Shown: positions 37,783 through 46,647 of the stretch, in pieces
Position numbering within the stretch: position 1 is the first letter of the stretch
Layout of the letters: the number at the start of each line of letters is the position of its first letter
Assembly: GCA_018865545.1 (NCBI GenBank)
Contig: GCA_018865545.1_3633.2
DNA length: 54,480 bases
Direction: 5' to 3' (one strand)
Source: a phage
The notes under the pieces: generated by a model
Told to the model about the DNA's origin: nothing
Databases searched by the model: none
What the model saw: the letters and a program-made list of their open reading frames with translations, nothing else
Position numbers and translations under genes: made by a program

Positions 37783-39669
37783 TCAACCTGCCACAACATT
37801 GTTGGGAACTAGTTGGCGGTATTGTACCCACCCACGTAGATTTCCTGACCACATATTTCCTTTTCTATCCATATGTGTCACGCCGTCACTTGCCTGTCCA
37901 TCCCACCACAATGAAGCCTCATTCTCCAACATAGGTGTTGCAACATGCTCAAAAGGAGATGCGTGTACCTTATCACCACTTGTTAGCTTTTTATAGATAT
38001 CAAGGGCTTTATCCTTAGTGTTGTTAAGCACGCGATACGAGACTTGTGCACAACAAGACACAGAAATAGCAATTGCCTCATCAACACGTAGCATCACAGG
38101 CTCGTTGTTCTCATCTAAAACACAATACCCATGAAATTCTCCAACATCCTCACCAACCTCAACTGTGTAGAGGTGCTCTACATATGGGGTGTGCCACTGA
38201 CCAGGTTCTAATAGCTCAGGTACAGACTCATCCACAGCTTGTTTCATGAGAGATGCTAGTTTATGGATCGTCGGGTCTGCATCTCCATCTGCACGAAGAT
38301 GGAAAAAATTATTCCAATCCGTAGCAGTAACAACAGTTTTCATCCTCTGGAACGGTTCCAGTAAGCGATTTGCCACCTGCTTGTGGTATCCCGCTTGTGA
38401 GTATGCTTCGGCAAAACGTGATGCACTTAAAGCCGCCAATTTCCACCAATCCTCTGGGGAATATCCAGCATCTATTTCAGCATTGTGATTACCATCATCT
38501 TGCATACCAGGTTTATTCTTACCAAATTGAACAGGCATGGCAGGATTTTTTCGTACTTGCTCAATCATCTTAGAGATTGGAATTGCTCTGCTGCTCATAG
38601 CATTCCTGCTAAACAGTCTATGCGTCATAAGTTCACAGTTCCCACTGATAAATACGACACCTTCCCTTCGAACAACCACGTAGGAGGTGTCTACACTTAC
38701 ACAATACACCTTCCCTACATAGTCCTCATACTCGAAGATATCTTTATCCTGCCTTAGACTAATGTAGTTCGTAACTTTAAATGAGCATTTATACAGAGAG
38801 CCATACTTACGAATATTCACAGAGTCACCATTCAGGTGAGCTAACACCTGAATTTGGTTAATCAGTGTTTTGGATGTGGTGTTATACTCCATGTTGTCAA
38901 TATTGCCGTCTGAGAGTAGCAATGCTCTCTTAAATAAGCGGTACTGCTCCTTATTTAACCCTCTGATATATTTTGGTAATTTTTTCTCCCCTTCTCCAGT
39001 GTAACATGCTTCTGTTAATGGGTTTTTATTAAAACTGATAACTATATCGTCCCCATATATAGAGGTGCTATATTCGTATCCACACTCTTCAAGGATACGT
39101 GTAACTTCCTGTACCTTCCGAGACTTTTTAAAATGGAAGTTTGCCTTATTCCCCTTTTCTGGGGTATGTCCATCAGCAGCAAACCAAACACAAAATTCAA
39201 TCTCCGCATCAGAAAGGTCACACTTTGCATTCATTACCCCAGACTGCTCGATACGTAATGTTCCATAGTCTCCTACAAGTTCCTCAGCAAGAATCGTCTT
39301 ACTTACAAATTTACCCCCAGTAGTCCTTTTTTTCGTAAGGACTCGATGCTTGTCTGTAACAAGCATGGGGAACTTCTTCTTGTTCAGAGATACCATCCGA
39401 TGACGACCTTCGTTCTCTATGTGTGCGGATGGGGTTACAAAGCTAATAGCTCCTGTTGTATCATCATACTGTGCTACCTTAGCATTGAGTGCAAATACTT
39501 CCCTGAAAGATCTGAACTCTGGCAATTCCGAGTTAATCTGACTGAGTATTTCTGTCTTCTCGTCAAAGCAGTGAATAATGCGGGGGTATTCCAACTCAAA
39601 AGTGGTAATTCTGATACCTTGTGGGGAAATACTGTCAGCTACGATATGTACAGAGATCTGATTATTCAT
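37783..39669 (-). CDS. thyX: ThyX-like flavin-dependent thymidylate synthase interrupted by a LAGLIDADG intein
   Basis: ThyX signature HRLFSRNAMS (RHR-x7-S with T for the first R), NFFHLRADGDAD and HASPFEH; insertion CFDEKTEIL...VVFISGN with LAGLIDADG-like CVWFAADGHT and LLLSDGNI. Confidence 0.55.
   Translation of the reverse strand: MNNQISVHIVADSISPQGIRITTFELEYPRIIHCFDEKTEILSQINSELPEFRSFREVFALNAKVAQYDDTTGAISFVTPSAHIENEGRHRMVSLNKKKFPMLVTDKHRVLTKKRTTGGKFVSKTILAEELVGDYGTLRIEQSGVMNAKCDLSDAEIEFCVWFAADGHTPEKGNKANFHFKKSRKVQEVTRILEECGYEYSTSIYGDDIVISFNKNPLTEACYTGEGEKKLPKYIRGLNKEQYRLFKRALLLSDGNIDNMEYNTTSKTLINQIQVLAHLNGDSVNIRKYGSLYKCSFKVTNYISLRQDKDIFEYEDYVGKVYCVSVDTSYVVVRREGVVFISGNCELMTHRLFSRNAMSSRAIPISKMIEQVRKNPAMPVQFGKNKPGMQDDGNHNAEIDAGYSPEDWWKLAALSASRFAEAYSQAGYHKQVANRLLEPFQRMKTVVTATDWNNFFHLRADGDADPTIHKLASLMKQAVDESVPELLEPGQWHTPYVEHLYTVEVGEDVGEFHGYCVLDENNEPVMLRVDEAIAISVSCCAQVSYRVLNNTKDKALDIYKKLTSGDKVHASPFEHVATPMLENEASLWWDGQASDGVTHMDRKGNMWSGNLRGWVQYRQLVPNNVVAG
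38638..39570 (-). mobile_element. intein with LAGLIDADG homing-endonuclease domain (about 311 aa, boundaries approximate)
   Basis: Starts with Cys in block-A-like CFDEKTEIL, ends ...SGN immediately before Cys; inserted 5 residues before the ThyX catalytic motif. Confidence 0.5.
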
Positions 39670-39989
39670 TATAAAGCCCCTTCCAGTTTCTTTAGAAAGT
39701 CATCTTTAAAACTATCTACCAGTTTCATATATTCTTCTGCAATCATATCCTCAATAATCCCACGGCGTTCAGAATATTTTTTATCGAAGGAGATCATTTC
39801 TTCGATTTCTTCTGCGGTGAAGATTTTTAAGTGCATATCGTTAATAATTTTAGTAACAAATTCCTCTGTGATACCCAGATCTTCAATTGTGATCCCTGTT
39901 CCTTCAAGGCCAAGGATAGGGATGATTTTCCCTGCACGAGCAATCATTTCATTCTTAAGGTATTCAAAAGATTCTTTTTTCAACATCAT
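39669..39989 (-). CDS. hypothetical protein
   Basis: ORF track. Confidence 0.45.
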   Translation of the reverse strand: MMLKKESFEYLKNEMIARAGKIIPILGLEGTGITIEDLGITEEFVTKIINDMHLKIFTAEEIEEMISFDKKYSERRGIIEDMIAEEYMKLVDSFKDDFLKKLEGAL

Positions 39990-40183
39990 CTTCCTCTCTT
40001 TTTTATCTTAAACTTTGTTTGCGGATCCATACCCGCTTTAAAAACAAGATATCTTGTAAGAATATCATTACACATATCACTGGTAGCTTTAAAAGAGATT
40101 AAGAAGTCCTCATCCTCTGTGAAAACTTCCACCCAATCTCCATATTTTACTACAAAATCACCTTTTGTGCATCGTCTAATCAT
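39986..40183 (-). CDS. hypothetical protein
   Basis: ORF track. Confidence 0.4.
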   Translation of the reverse strand: MIRRCTKGDFVVKYGDWVEVFTEDEDFLISFKATSDMCNDILTRYLVFKAGMDPQTKFKIKKRGR

Positions 40184-40785
40184 GCTATGTCTAAAACAAA
40201 ATCACGTATTGTATACCAATCATCTGTTTCAAGGTCTAGGGATGTTTTTAATTCTTCAGACTGATCATAAGGTGTTTTAAATTTAATTTTAATAACCTCT
40301 GGACCAAACTGATTAAGGAACTCATTCCTATCATCAATAATAACATCAACATCTACCCCAGCTTTATGCTTTGTTGCATAGAAAGCATGACCGGAACCAG
40401 GCTCTAAGCTGAAAAACTCTTCTGTTTCTCTTTTTAGAAAGCGCACTTTAGATGAAAAATGACCTTTCATACAATAAGAAACAAAATGATTAAAATGACC
40501 AGCTTTAGCCCATGCAGCTACTGCTTCCACTGCACCGGGGAGAGGCTTCAACTTATCGTAAAGATAAGGATCCTCCCAAAACTCATAAGGACTAAGCTGA
40601 TGCACCTTCGCAGGTGGGAAATACTTAGAAACATTGTAATACAGCATACCTTGTGGATTTGGTGGTGGTAATGATAAATCCATTTTAACACCATAAACCT
40701 TTTCCAACCACTCAATCCAAGGTGTCCCAGAATCAACAAATGTCAAATCTACATCAATTCCGATCTTAAGCGTATTCACCTTCAA
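40180..40785 (-). CDS. HAD-like hydrolase (putative 5'-deoxyribonucleotidase)
   Basis: IGIDVDLTFVD fits HAD motif I (DxDxT); C-terminal DVDVIIDDR resembles motif IV. Confidence 0.4.
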   Translation of the reverse strand: MKVNTLKIGIDVDLTFVDSGTPWIEWLEKVYGVKMDLSLPPPNPQGMLYYNVSKYFPPAKVHQLSPYEFWEDPYLYDKLKPLPGAVEAVAAWAKAGHFNHFVSYCMKGHFSSKVRFLKRETEEFFSLEPGSGHAFYATKHKAGVDVDVIIDDRNEFLNQFGPEVIKIKFKTPYDQSEELKTSLDLETDDWYTIRDFVLDIA

Positions 40786-41392
40786 AGACTCCCCCTGTTG
40801 CCAAAACGTTTTTTAAGAAATCCAATTTTTCAACAGCATTGTCATAAACCTTCCTATTGTAATACTTATTTGTTGGACGGTAATTATTAAGTTTCCGCTC
40901 ACATTCAGAAATTATGTAACGTAACCATGCATGATGGGCTTCTAGTTCAGAATCGAAAGTCCCTATATGGATAAAGCTAGGAAAATTACGACAATGTACT
41001 GCTTTCCATCTTTCTCTATTTTTAATTTTACATGTCCCAAGAAGACCACCAGATTTCGTTACCGTTTTCTCTGGGAATGGAAAACAATAGAGGATATCCT
41101 TTGGTGTGAATATGCATGTTTCTGGACTGTACAGTTGACTTTTCCTAATTAAGTAGATATCTAAGCTGTGATCTGGTTTTTTATTCTTCAGATACCATTC
41201 TTTGTAATTACTAAACACCAACCACTCATCACATACATTAAAATCGGTGTCGCCCGTCATATAGCAAAACAGAATCATTGATCGCCACGTTTTATGAGCC
41301 ATTTTAACTTTCCATACCGTTTCGCCAGGGTCATGATTATCTGTGGCGACACCACAAAACAAACCATCAACCTCAAAAGAAAAATTTTTCAT
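40766..41392 (-). CDS. AP2-domain homing endonuclease-like protein
   Basis: WKAVHCRNFPSFIHIGTFDSELEAHHAWLRYI resembles the AP2 DNA-binding domain of phage HNH/AP2 endonucleases. Confidence 0.4.
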   Translation of the reverse strand: MKNFSFEVDGLFCGVATDNHDPGETVWKVKMAHKTWRSMILFCYMTGDTDFNVCDEWLVFSNYKEWYLKNKKPDHSLDIYLIRKSQLYSPETCIFTPKDILYCFPFPEKTVTKSGGLLGTCKIKNRERWKAVHCRNFPSFIHIGTFDSELEAHHAWLRYIISECERKLNNYRPTNKYYNRKVYDNAVEKLDFLKNVLATGGVFEGEYA

Positions 41393-41991
41393 TATTCAAC
41401 CCCAGCAGCAGTAAAGACGAACCACTTATGGATTGACTTGGCACAGTCTTCCATTTTACCATCAATATTCTCGAAATCTCTTTCGTACCCTCGGATCCCG
41501 TCTAAATAGAGCCAATTACGACTATCATTGCCCCAGTCACAACCTTCTCTGTGAATACGTGCCAAGAAGAATTTACCACCAGTTTCATAAGCATAGTTGG
41601 AAAGCTCAAGGATCTCTTCCTTAAAACCACCATCTGAAAAAACAACCAACCATGCCTCTTGATGGTTTTTCTTTAAATTCTCTACAGCAGCTTTGCCAAA
41701 AGCATTCTGTCCGAAAATTGGTTTAATCACATTCTCTGAACAATGGATCATCCATTCTCGTGGGGAGACATGTTCTCCATCAATTTGCAGGTAAGGACAA
41801 GGTTTTTCTTTGTATCTACGGTCATAAAGACTGTTCCACAAATCTTTTGAGACTCCAGCAGATCTGATAGCAACTTCAAAAAGTAGTTTCTTCACTTCTT
41901 CATGAAACACACCAGAGATGTTCTCACTCAAATAAGAACAAATAGCGTCTTTTCCAGCACCTGGTGGTGCATTTAAAACAAGAATATGCAT
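41392..41991 (-). CDS. deoxynucleoside monophosphate kinase (P-loop)
   Basis: MHILVLNAPPGAGKDAICSYL P-loop resembling phage dNMP kinases. Confidence 0.55.
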   Translation of the reverse strand: MHILVLNAPPGAGKDAICSYLSENISGVFHEEVKKLLFEVAIRSAGVSKDLWNSLYDRRYKEKPCPYLQIDGEHVSPREWMIHCSENVIKPIFGQNAFGKAAVENLKKNHQEAWLVVFSDGGFKEEILELSNYAYETGGKFFLARIHREGCDWGNDSRNWLYLDGIRGYERDFENIDGKMEDCAKSIHKWFVFTAAGVE

Positions 41992-42005
41992 TCAATCTCC
42001 CACAA

Positions 42006-42980
42006 TCAGATGATATTAACAAGGGTATTAGCCATCTCTTCTTTGGTGCGGATATTACGTCTGTCACGCATAACAGATCCACAACATTCGCAACGGTAAG
42101 CCTGAAATTTTGATAGATATGTTGTTCCTACCTTACCATCCATAACTGACAAATTATCAGAATTGCATCTTACGCAACGAAGTTCAACATTATCATCCGG
42201 CTCATTAAAAAGTGTAACGTTAGGATGTTTTTTCATAAAAGGCCTTACTTTAAGGTAAATACCTTCCAGTGTTGGAATATCACCAATGTTATAATATTCC
42301 ATTTCCTCAAATGCCTTAACATCTCCGTGGCAGCATCGTTTCCACAAAGAGATTCCTTCGTGGTGTCTTTTACGAGCCTCTAGTTGAAAGTAGTTACACG
42401 CAGCCTCTAAAGAGTTAGAAGGTAACGAAAAAGCATTCTTTAACTCTGCAAGAGTATCAATAACAATATATGGCGAGGGGGGGTTCATACCATGAAAAGC
42501 AAATCTTTGGTTTGCCCATCCTTTATCAAATTTAGCATTGTGTGCAATGAAAATATCACACTCATCCAAAATGTGCCACAAATCTTCCACAAGCTCTCTG
42601 TCATCATGGATATCTGTTTTAAATGTTTCGTAGTCAGGTAATTTACGACTTAATATTGCTGGATTGTCTAACCACTTCCCTGCCCATGTCAACATATATG
42701 GCTCGCTCTCTACGTGAGACGGAGAGATGTTTTCTTTAATTCTTCTAAATACCCAAGCCAACGTTGGTGCTACTTCCACATCACCCAGAAAAATTTTTGC
42801 CCCCGGCTTTTTAGTGAGGGTCTCCACAATCTGTTTTGATGCCTCTGTATTCTGAGCGTGAGCTTTAAGAACTAACCTGATATGTGACTCTTTACTTTCT
42901 TTTCCCAGATACCGACGAGCTATTTCTCTGTTGCTCAAACCTTTAGACTTTAACTCTAGAATTTCTTCTGCACTAAGCAT
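42006..42980 (-). CDS. DnaQ-like 3'-5' exonuclease with N-terminal HTH and C-terminal zinc ribbon
   Basis: FLGDVEV (Exo I-like), FIAHNAKFD (Exo II), CVRCNS..CECCGS zinc ribbon; N-terminal LSNREIARRY HTH-like. Confidence 0.45.
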   Translation of the reverse strand: MLSAEEILELKSKGLSNREIARRYLGKESKESHIRLVLKAHAQNTEASKQIVETLTKKPGAKIFLGDVEVAPTLAWVFRRIKENISPSHVESEPYMLTWAGKWLDNPAILSRKLPDYETFKTDIHDDRELVEDLWHILDECDIFIAHNAKFDKGWANQRFAFHGMNPPSPYIVIDTLAELKNAFSLPSNSLEAACNYFQLEARKRHHEGISLWKRCCHGDVKAFEEMEYYNIGDIPTLEGIYLKVRPFMKKHPNVTLFNEPDDNVELRCVRCNSDNLSVMDGKVGTTYLSKFQAYRCECCGSVMRDRRNIRTKEEMANTLVNII

Positions 42981-43192
42981 TACACCTCTCTAACAAACTC
43001 GATGATATCGTTAACAGCAAAATCACGGACATCACCCTTGTCGATATCGTATGCCCTCATTAGCCATTGAGGTTTTTTGTGATAAGGGGTCGTTCCAAAC
43101 CACAATTTTGGGTCTAAAACATTTCTGTAGCCACACTTACCTTTCCAGTTTTTATAATAAAAACGTAGAGGGTTATTCAAATCTCCAGCCAA
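42980..43192 (-). CDS. hypothetical protein
   Basis: ORF track. Confidence 0.4.
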   Translation of the reverse strand: MAGDLNNPLRFYYKNWKGKCGYRNVLDPKLWFGTTPYHKKPQWLMRAYDIDKGDVRDFAVNDIIEFVREV

Positions 43193-43472
43193 AATTCTCC
43201 TCCGTCTGCCTCACAAATTCCTTCAAATACAAGATAATACTATCCTGTTTCTTAGTTGTTGAAGGAATGTCTAATCCAAGGTCTTGTTTTGCTCTTTCGA
43301 TGATCTTTTCATTAGAGCATCTTCTTAAGAACTTTAGCATGTCATCCTTATATGAGGGATGTAAGGGGTAACTGCTAAAATCCCTCTCAAGATAATCTGC
43401 AAGGTTTCTTAATGCTGTGGACAAAGATGTTTCTGTGTGAAGTGACACATACTTCATCCAAGCCTTCAACAC
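43173..43472 (-). CDS. hypothetical protein; frame is open a further 276 nt upstream with an HNH-like motif but no canonical start
   Basis: ORF track start is GTG43472; upstream in-frame translation reads ...NPCLDHDHFEGKCRGVLSQCVNTFEGY with no ATG/GTG/TTG until the stop at 43749-43751. Confidence 0.35.
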   Translation of the reverse strand: MLKAWMKYVSLHTETSLSTALRNLADYLERDFSSYPLHPSYKDDMLKFLRRCSNEKIIERAKQDLGLDIPSTTKKQDSIILYLKEFVRQTEENFGWRFE

Positions 43473-43696
43473 GTACCCTTCGAAAGTGTTAACACACTGA
43501 CTAAGGACTCCACGGCATTTCCCTTCAAAATGGTCATGATCAAGACAAGGGTTGCGAAGTGGCTCACCTAAAACAGGATCAAGACCATTCTGGTCTAAGA
43601 TTAGATATTCTCTAAACTCAGCTATTTGCTTAGGATTTTTTAACCAGAGACTATTGTTGAGAGGGACGCTTACTGCTTTCTTCCTTGGTTTACGTT

Positions 43697-44326
43697 TTAC
43701 TTTCTGTTGTTTTTGTCTCTTTCTTGGGATAATTCCTCCAAGAATTTTTTACCTATTAAGTAAGCATCAGCATAATCTGATTTACCAGCAGCCAATGTAA
43801 TACCATCTAACCAACCAGGACAAACACAATCAACAGCCCGTATCATGTGTGATTTTTCCATCTTTACTTTACGAGATGAGTATACCTTTTTCCCAGTCTT
43901 TTTGTCAAGTCTTTCTTTAACTATTTCTCTATCTTTTTCTGGGAGTAAGTTTCTGGCAAAAGACTTTAGAGAAGTTGGTGGTATTTTATGTATATTATCA
44001 AGCCACTCAGGTGATTTATCACATAAGGCATAGACAATGCAATGGAACAAACCTGCCAAATCACGCGTCGCATTCCCTACAGATCCGAAACTCAAATCCT
44101 CCATCACATACTTATCTATCTTGTACTTATCAACTAATTCCAAGATCTTTTGAACTATGTGTCTGATTTGTTCGTAGACTGTATCGTAATAAACGACATC
44201 TTTATTTTTCTTAGACCTGCTGGAGTTAGATCCTGTTCTAATCATCTCTCTATATATGGGAACACCATGCTCCCATATAACAACAGCGCAGTGGGAGATT
44301 GACTGGTCAACCGACATCAGTCGCAT
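43697..44326 (-). CDS. RuvC-like Holliday junction resolvase (tentative)
   Basis: N-terminus MRLMSVDQSISHCAVVIWE resembles the RuvC/YqgF first strand with catalytic Asp. Confidence 0.35.
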   Translation of the reverse strand: MRLMSVDQSISHCAVVIWEHGVPIYREMIRTGSNSSRSKKNKDVVYYDTVYEQIRHIVQKILELVDKYKIDKYVMEDLSFGSVGNATRDLAGLFHCIVYALCDKSPEWLDNIHKIPPTSLKSFARNLLPEKDREIVKERLDKKTGKKVYSSRKVKMEKSHMIRAVDCVCPGWLDGITLAAGKSDYADAYLIGKKFLEELSQERDKNNRK

Positions 44327-44636
44327 CTAAACCCCCGCCAAAATCTTCAACAGCCTGATCTTTAAATAAAACTAAACCACATTCTAAATCACCATGCAAC
44401 ACACTTGTCAGAAGAACTAGTCTTTCTCCTTCTACCAACTCACAATCTTCTAAAATCTGTGCAGCAAATATTTTATCCTTGTTTATAAAATCATCCTTAA
44501 AAAGGATATGATCACCATTCTCATCTTCTACTAATTTCCACTGCCCTGTACCAACCAAGAACTTCGGTTTCAAAGACGATACAGAAAGTGCTTGGGAGTC
44601 CCTCATCACAGCTTCTATAATCATCACATCTATCAT
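44307..44636 (-). CDS. hypothetical protein
   Basis: ORF track. Confidence 0.4.
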   Translation of the reverse strand: MIDVMIIEAVMRDSQALSVSSLKPKFLVGTGQWKLVEDENGDHILFKDDFINKDKIFAAQILEDCELVEGERLVLLTSVLHGDLECGLVLFKDQAVEDFGGGLDATDVG

Positions 44637-45766
44637 AGTACCCCTACCCTTTTCAATTCTGTTGCTAGTGTTGTTTTATCATTGGGGTGTCTTTTCATGT
44701 AAACCATCTGGAAAATTACAGATGCCCATTGACCAGCACTCATCTTTTTAAGGCTTCCATCCCAAGATGTAAATTCAACCCCGTTTGGAAACCATGCCTT
44801 ATACTGGTCAACAATTGCTTCCCACATCTCTTTTTCTGTTCCAAGATGCCCGATCAAATTGAAAGCCGCAGTATCCCCAAATCTTCCGTTTATATCAAAG
44901 CACTGGTATGGTTTAATATTGTCAGAAATATCACCACAAAGCATCTGATAACCGAAGAACTTTTTGCCCCAGCCTTTAACCTTATTACCTTCCATCCATA
45001 TTTCACCCATTGAGTCATCAATCAGCATTGGGGTTGGATGTTTCCACTGCTTCTCTCCGTTATCGCGCATCGTATCAAATAGCAGACCTGGTGTTCCTTT
45101 CTGATCCTTATCGAAGGATGCTATCAGGAAATTAAACTTACCTGTCTTCTTATAATTTTCCCACCCTGTGTACATTAGTACGGATAAGTAATCATCTGCT
45201 TCAACACCATTGATGACTTTTGCATTGTACTTCTTCTTAACGTAATCTCGCGTTTCCTGTAAAAGCAACGGCCTGAGTAGATCTTCCCTATTACCTTTAT
45301 ATCTCTCTGGGGCAGGAAGCATAAGACGGAAATTATTCTCGCCACCAAGAACACCAACACCTTGCTTGCTACTAATTTCAAGATGATCAAAAATAGCATT
45401 GATCTTCATTTTGAGAAGATGAAGGCAATTCTCAACAGGCTCCGGTGTTTGGATATCCTCAACAAGGAAGTCTTCCCTCGTCCAAGGTGTAAATGATTTT
45501 CCTGCGGCCTTTGCTTTCATTTCCATATTGGCATTTTGGTCTTTTAGCCAACCGCCTACAACTTTTTTGGTTGATCCCCAAAACTCTGTGCGATTACGAA
45601 ACTCTTTAGATTTCCCAGATTTAATATGCGTCGCTCGGATGGTTCTTTTTTCAGAACCAGCAGCCGATACGTAACATGTTTGATCTAAATCTAAGACAAT
45701 TACACAATCATTTGTGATTTTATCTTTCCAGTTTTTATCGTATGGATACCCCACAACACCTCTCAA
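44633..45766 (-). CDS. 5'-3' exonuclease / flap endonuclease (FEN family)
   Basis: VINGVEADDYLSVL (GxEADD motif) and LCGDISDNIKPY (H3TH GDxSDNI motif). Confidence 0.6.
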   Translation of the reverse strand: MRGVVGYPYDKNWKDKITNDCVIVLDLDQTCYVSAAGSEKRTIRATHIKSGKSKEFRNRTEFWGSTKKVVGGWLKDQNANMEMKAKAAGKSFTPWTREDFLVEDIQTPEPVENCLHLLKMKINAIFDHLEISSKQGVGVLGGENNFRLMLPAPERYKGNREDLLRPLLLQETRDYVKKKYNAKVINGVEADDYLSVLMYTGWENYKKTGKFNFLIASFDKDQKGTPGLLFDTMRDNGEKQWKHPTPMLIDDSMGEIWMEGNKVKGWGKKFFGYQMLCGDISDNIKPYQCFDINGRFGDTAAFNLIGHLGTEKEMWEAIVDQYKAWFPNGVEFTSWDGSLKKMSAGQWASVIFQMVYMKRHPNDKTTLATELKRVGVL

Positions 45767-46200
45767 GTATTACCTAAATAATCTTTCAAATAGCTAACGT
45801 CAAGTTCCCATTCCTGACGCTTACTTCTCTCACGATACAGAGCAAACGCCTCTTCAACATATTTTTCGGCTACATGTTGAGGGATGTTGTTAACTTTCAT
45901 GAAATGCCTCAAAGCTATATGCCCTCTACCTCGTAAACTAGCCAAACCAATATGTTTAACTTCGTGACACGATGGGCATAGTGCAATAAGACCTTTCAGG
46001 GTGATCTTACCATCTTCAAAATCCCATACCTCGTGGCATTCAACAGGGTGTTTATGTCCTTTGCCACCGCAGATTTCACATTTATAACCTGCTTCTGCAT
46101 AACATTTCTTTCTTACCTTGTCCCATTCTGATTTTGATAAGTAAGAACGTAAATTGTTGAACCATGCCGTTTTAGGTACTAGTTCAATAGTTAATCTCAT
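45763..46200 (-). CDS. HNH endonuclease
   Basis: CEICGGKGHKHPVECHEVWDFEDGKITLKGLIALCPSCHEVKH HNH zinc-finger motif. Confidence 0.7.
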   Translation of the reverse strand: MRLTIELVPKTAWFNNLRSYLSKSEWDKVRKKCYAEAGYKCEICGGKGHKHPVECHEVWDFEDGKITLKGLIALCPSCHEVKHIGLASLRGRGHIALRHFMKVNNIPQHVAEKYVEEAFALYRERSKRQEWELDVSYLKDYLGNT

Positions 46201-46378
46201 TCCGATTTCTCCCGAAGTACATATGCAAAATTCTCATCCAACTGGGCATTGGTAAAAGAGCCAGCAGAGAACATATCATTAGTGCCTTCAAATCATAATC
46301 TTGACAAACAAGCCATCCAATGCTTACCAAACATAAAGACAGGATAAAACTTAACAACACTATTAACATATTTTTCAT
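46184..46378 (-). CDS. small membrane protein
   Basis: ORF track; hydrophobic. Confidence 0.35.
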   Translation of the reverse strand: MKNMLIVLLSFILSLCLVSIGWLVCQDYDLKALMICSLLALLPMPSWMRILHMYFGRNRNEINY

Positions 46379-46398
46379 AACAATCTATGTTCTATGTT

Positions 46399-46596
46399 TT
46401 AATGAAATATTCTTTTTGATGGGCAGCTTCCAGCACCTTCTTTAACCACTGTTTCTGTACTATGCCCATCGCTATAAATACAGACTTTGGAATCACCATC
46501 ACGATATTCTGCCTCAAGGCTCAAGGTGTTTGTGGTAGAAATTGCTAGAGGACTAAACAGAAGTGAGGACAGGAGGATAATGTTTTTAAATTTCAT
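46399..46596 (-). CDS. small secreted protein (signal peptide)
   Basis: ORF track 46399..46632; start moved to ATG46596 behind AGGTGG RBS; MKFKNIILLSSLLFSPLAIS signal-like. Confidence 0.4.
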   Translation of the reverse strand: MKFKNIILLSSLLFSPLAISTTNTLSLEAEYRDGDSKVCIYSDGHSTETVVKEGAGSCPSKRIFH

Positions 46597-46605
46597 TTTT
46601 ACCAC

Positions 46606-46637
46606 CTTTGAAAAAGCCCGATGAAAGCTCATCGGGC
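46606..46637 (-). terminator. rho-independent terminator
   Basis: On the minus strand, hairpin GCCCGATGAGCTTTCATCGGGC followed by TTTTT. Confidence 0.55.
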
Positions 46638-46647
46638 ATACGGTATA

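Noticed and set aside
39346-40280. Plus-strand ORFs of 221 and 149 aa antisense to minus-strand genes
   Set aside because: Shadow ORFs opposite well-supported genes; low-complexity translation and no RBS. The same applies to other antisense ORFs such as 53465..53956, 25694..26104 and 36255..36617.
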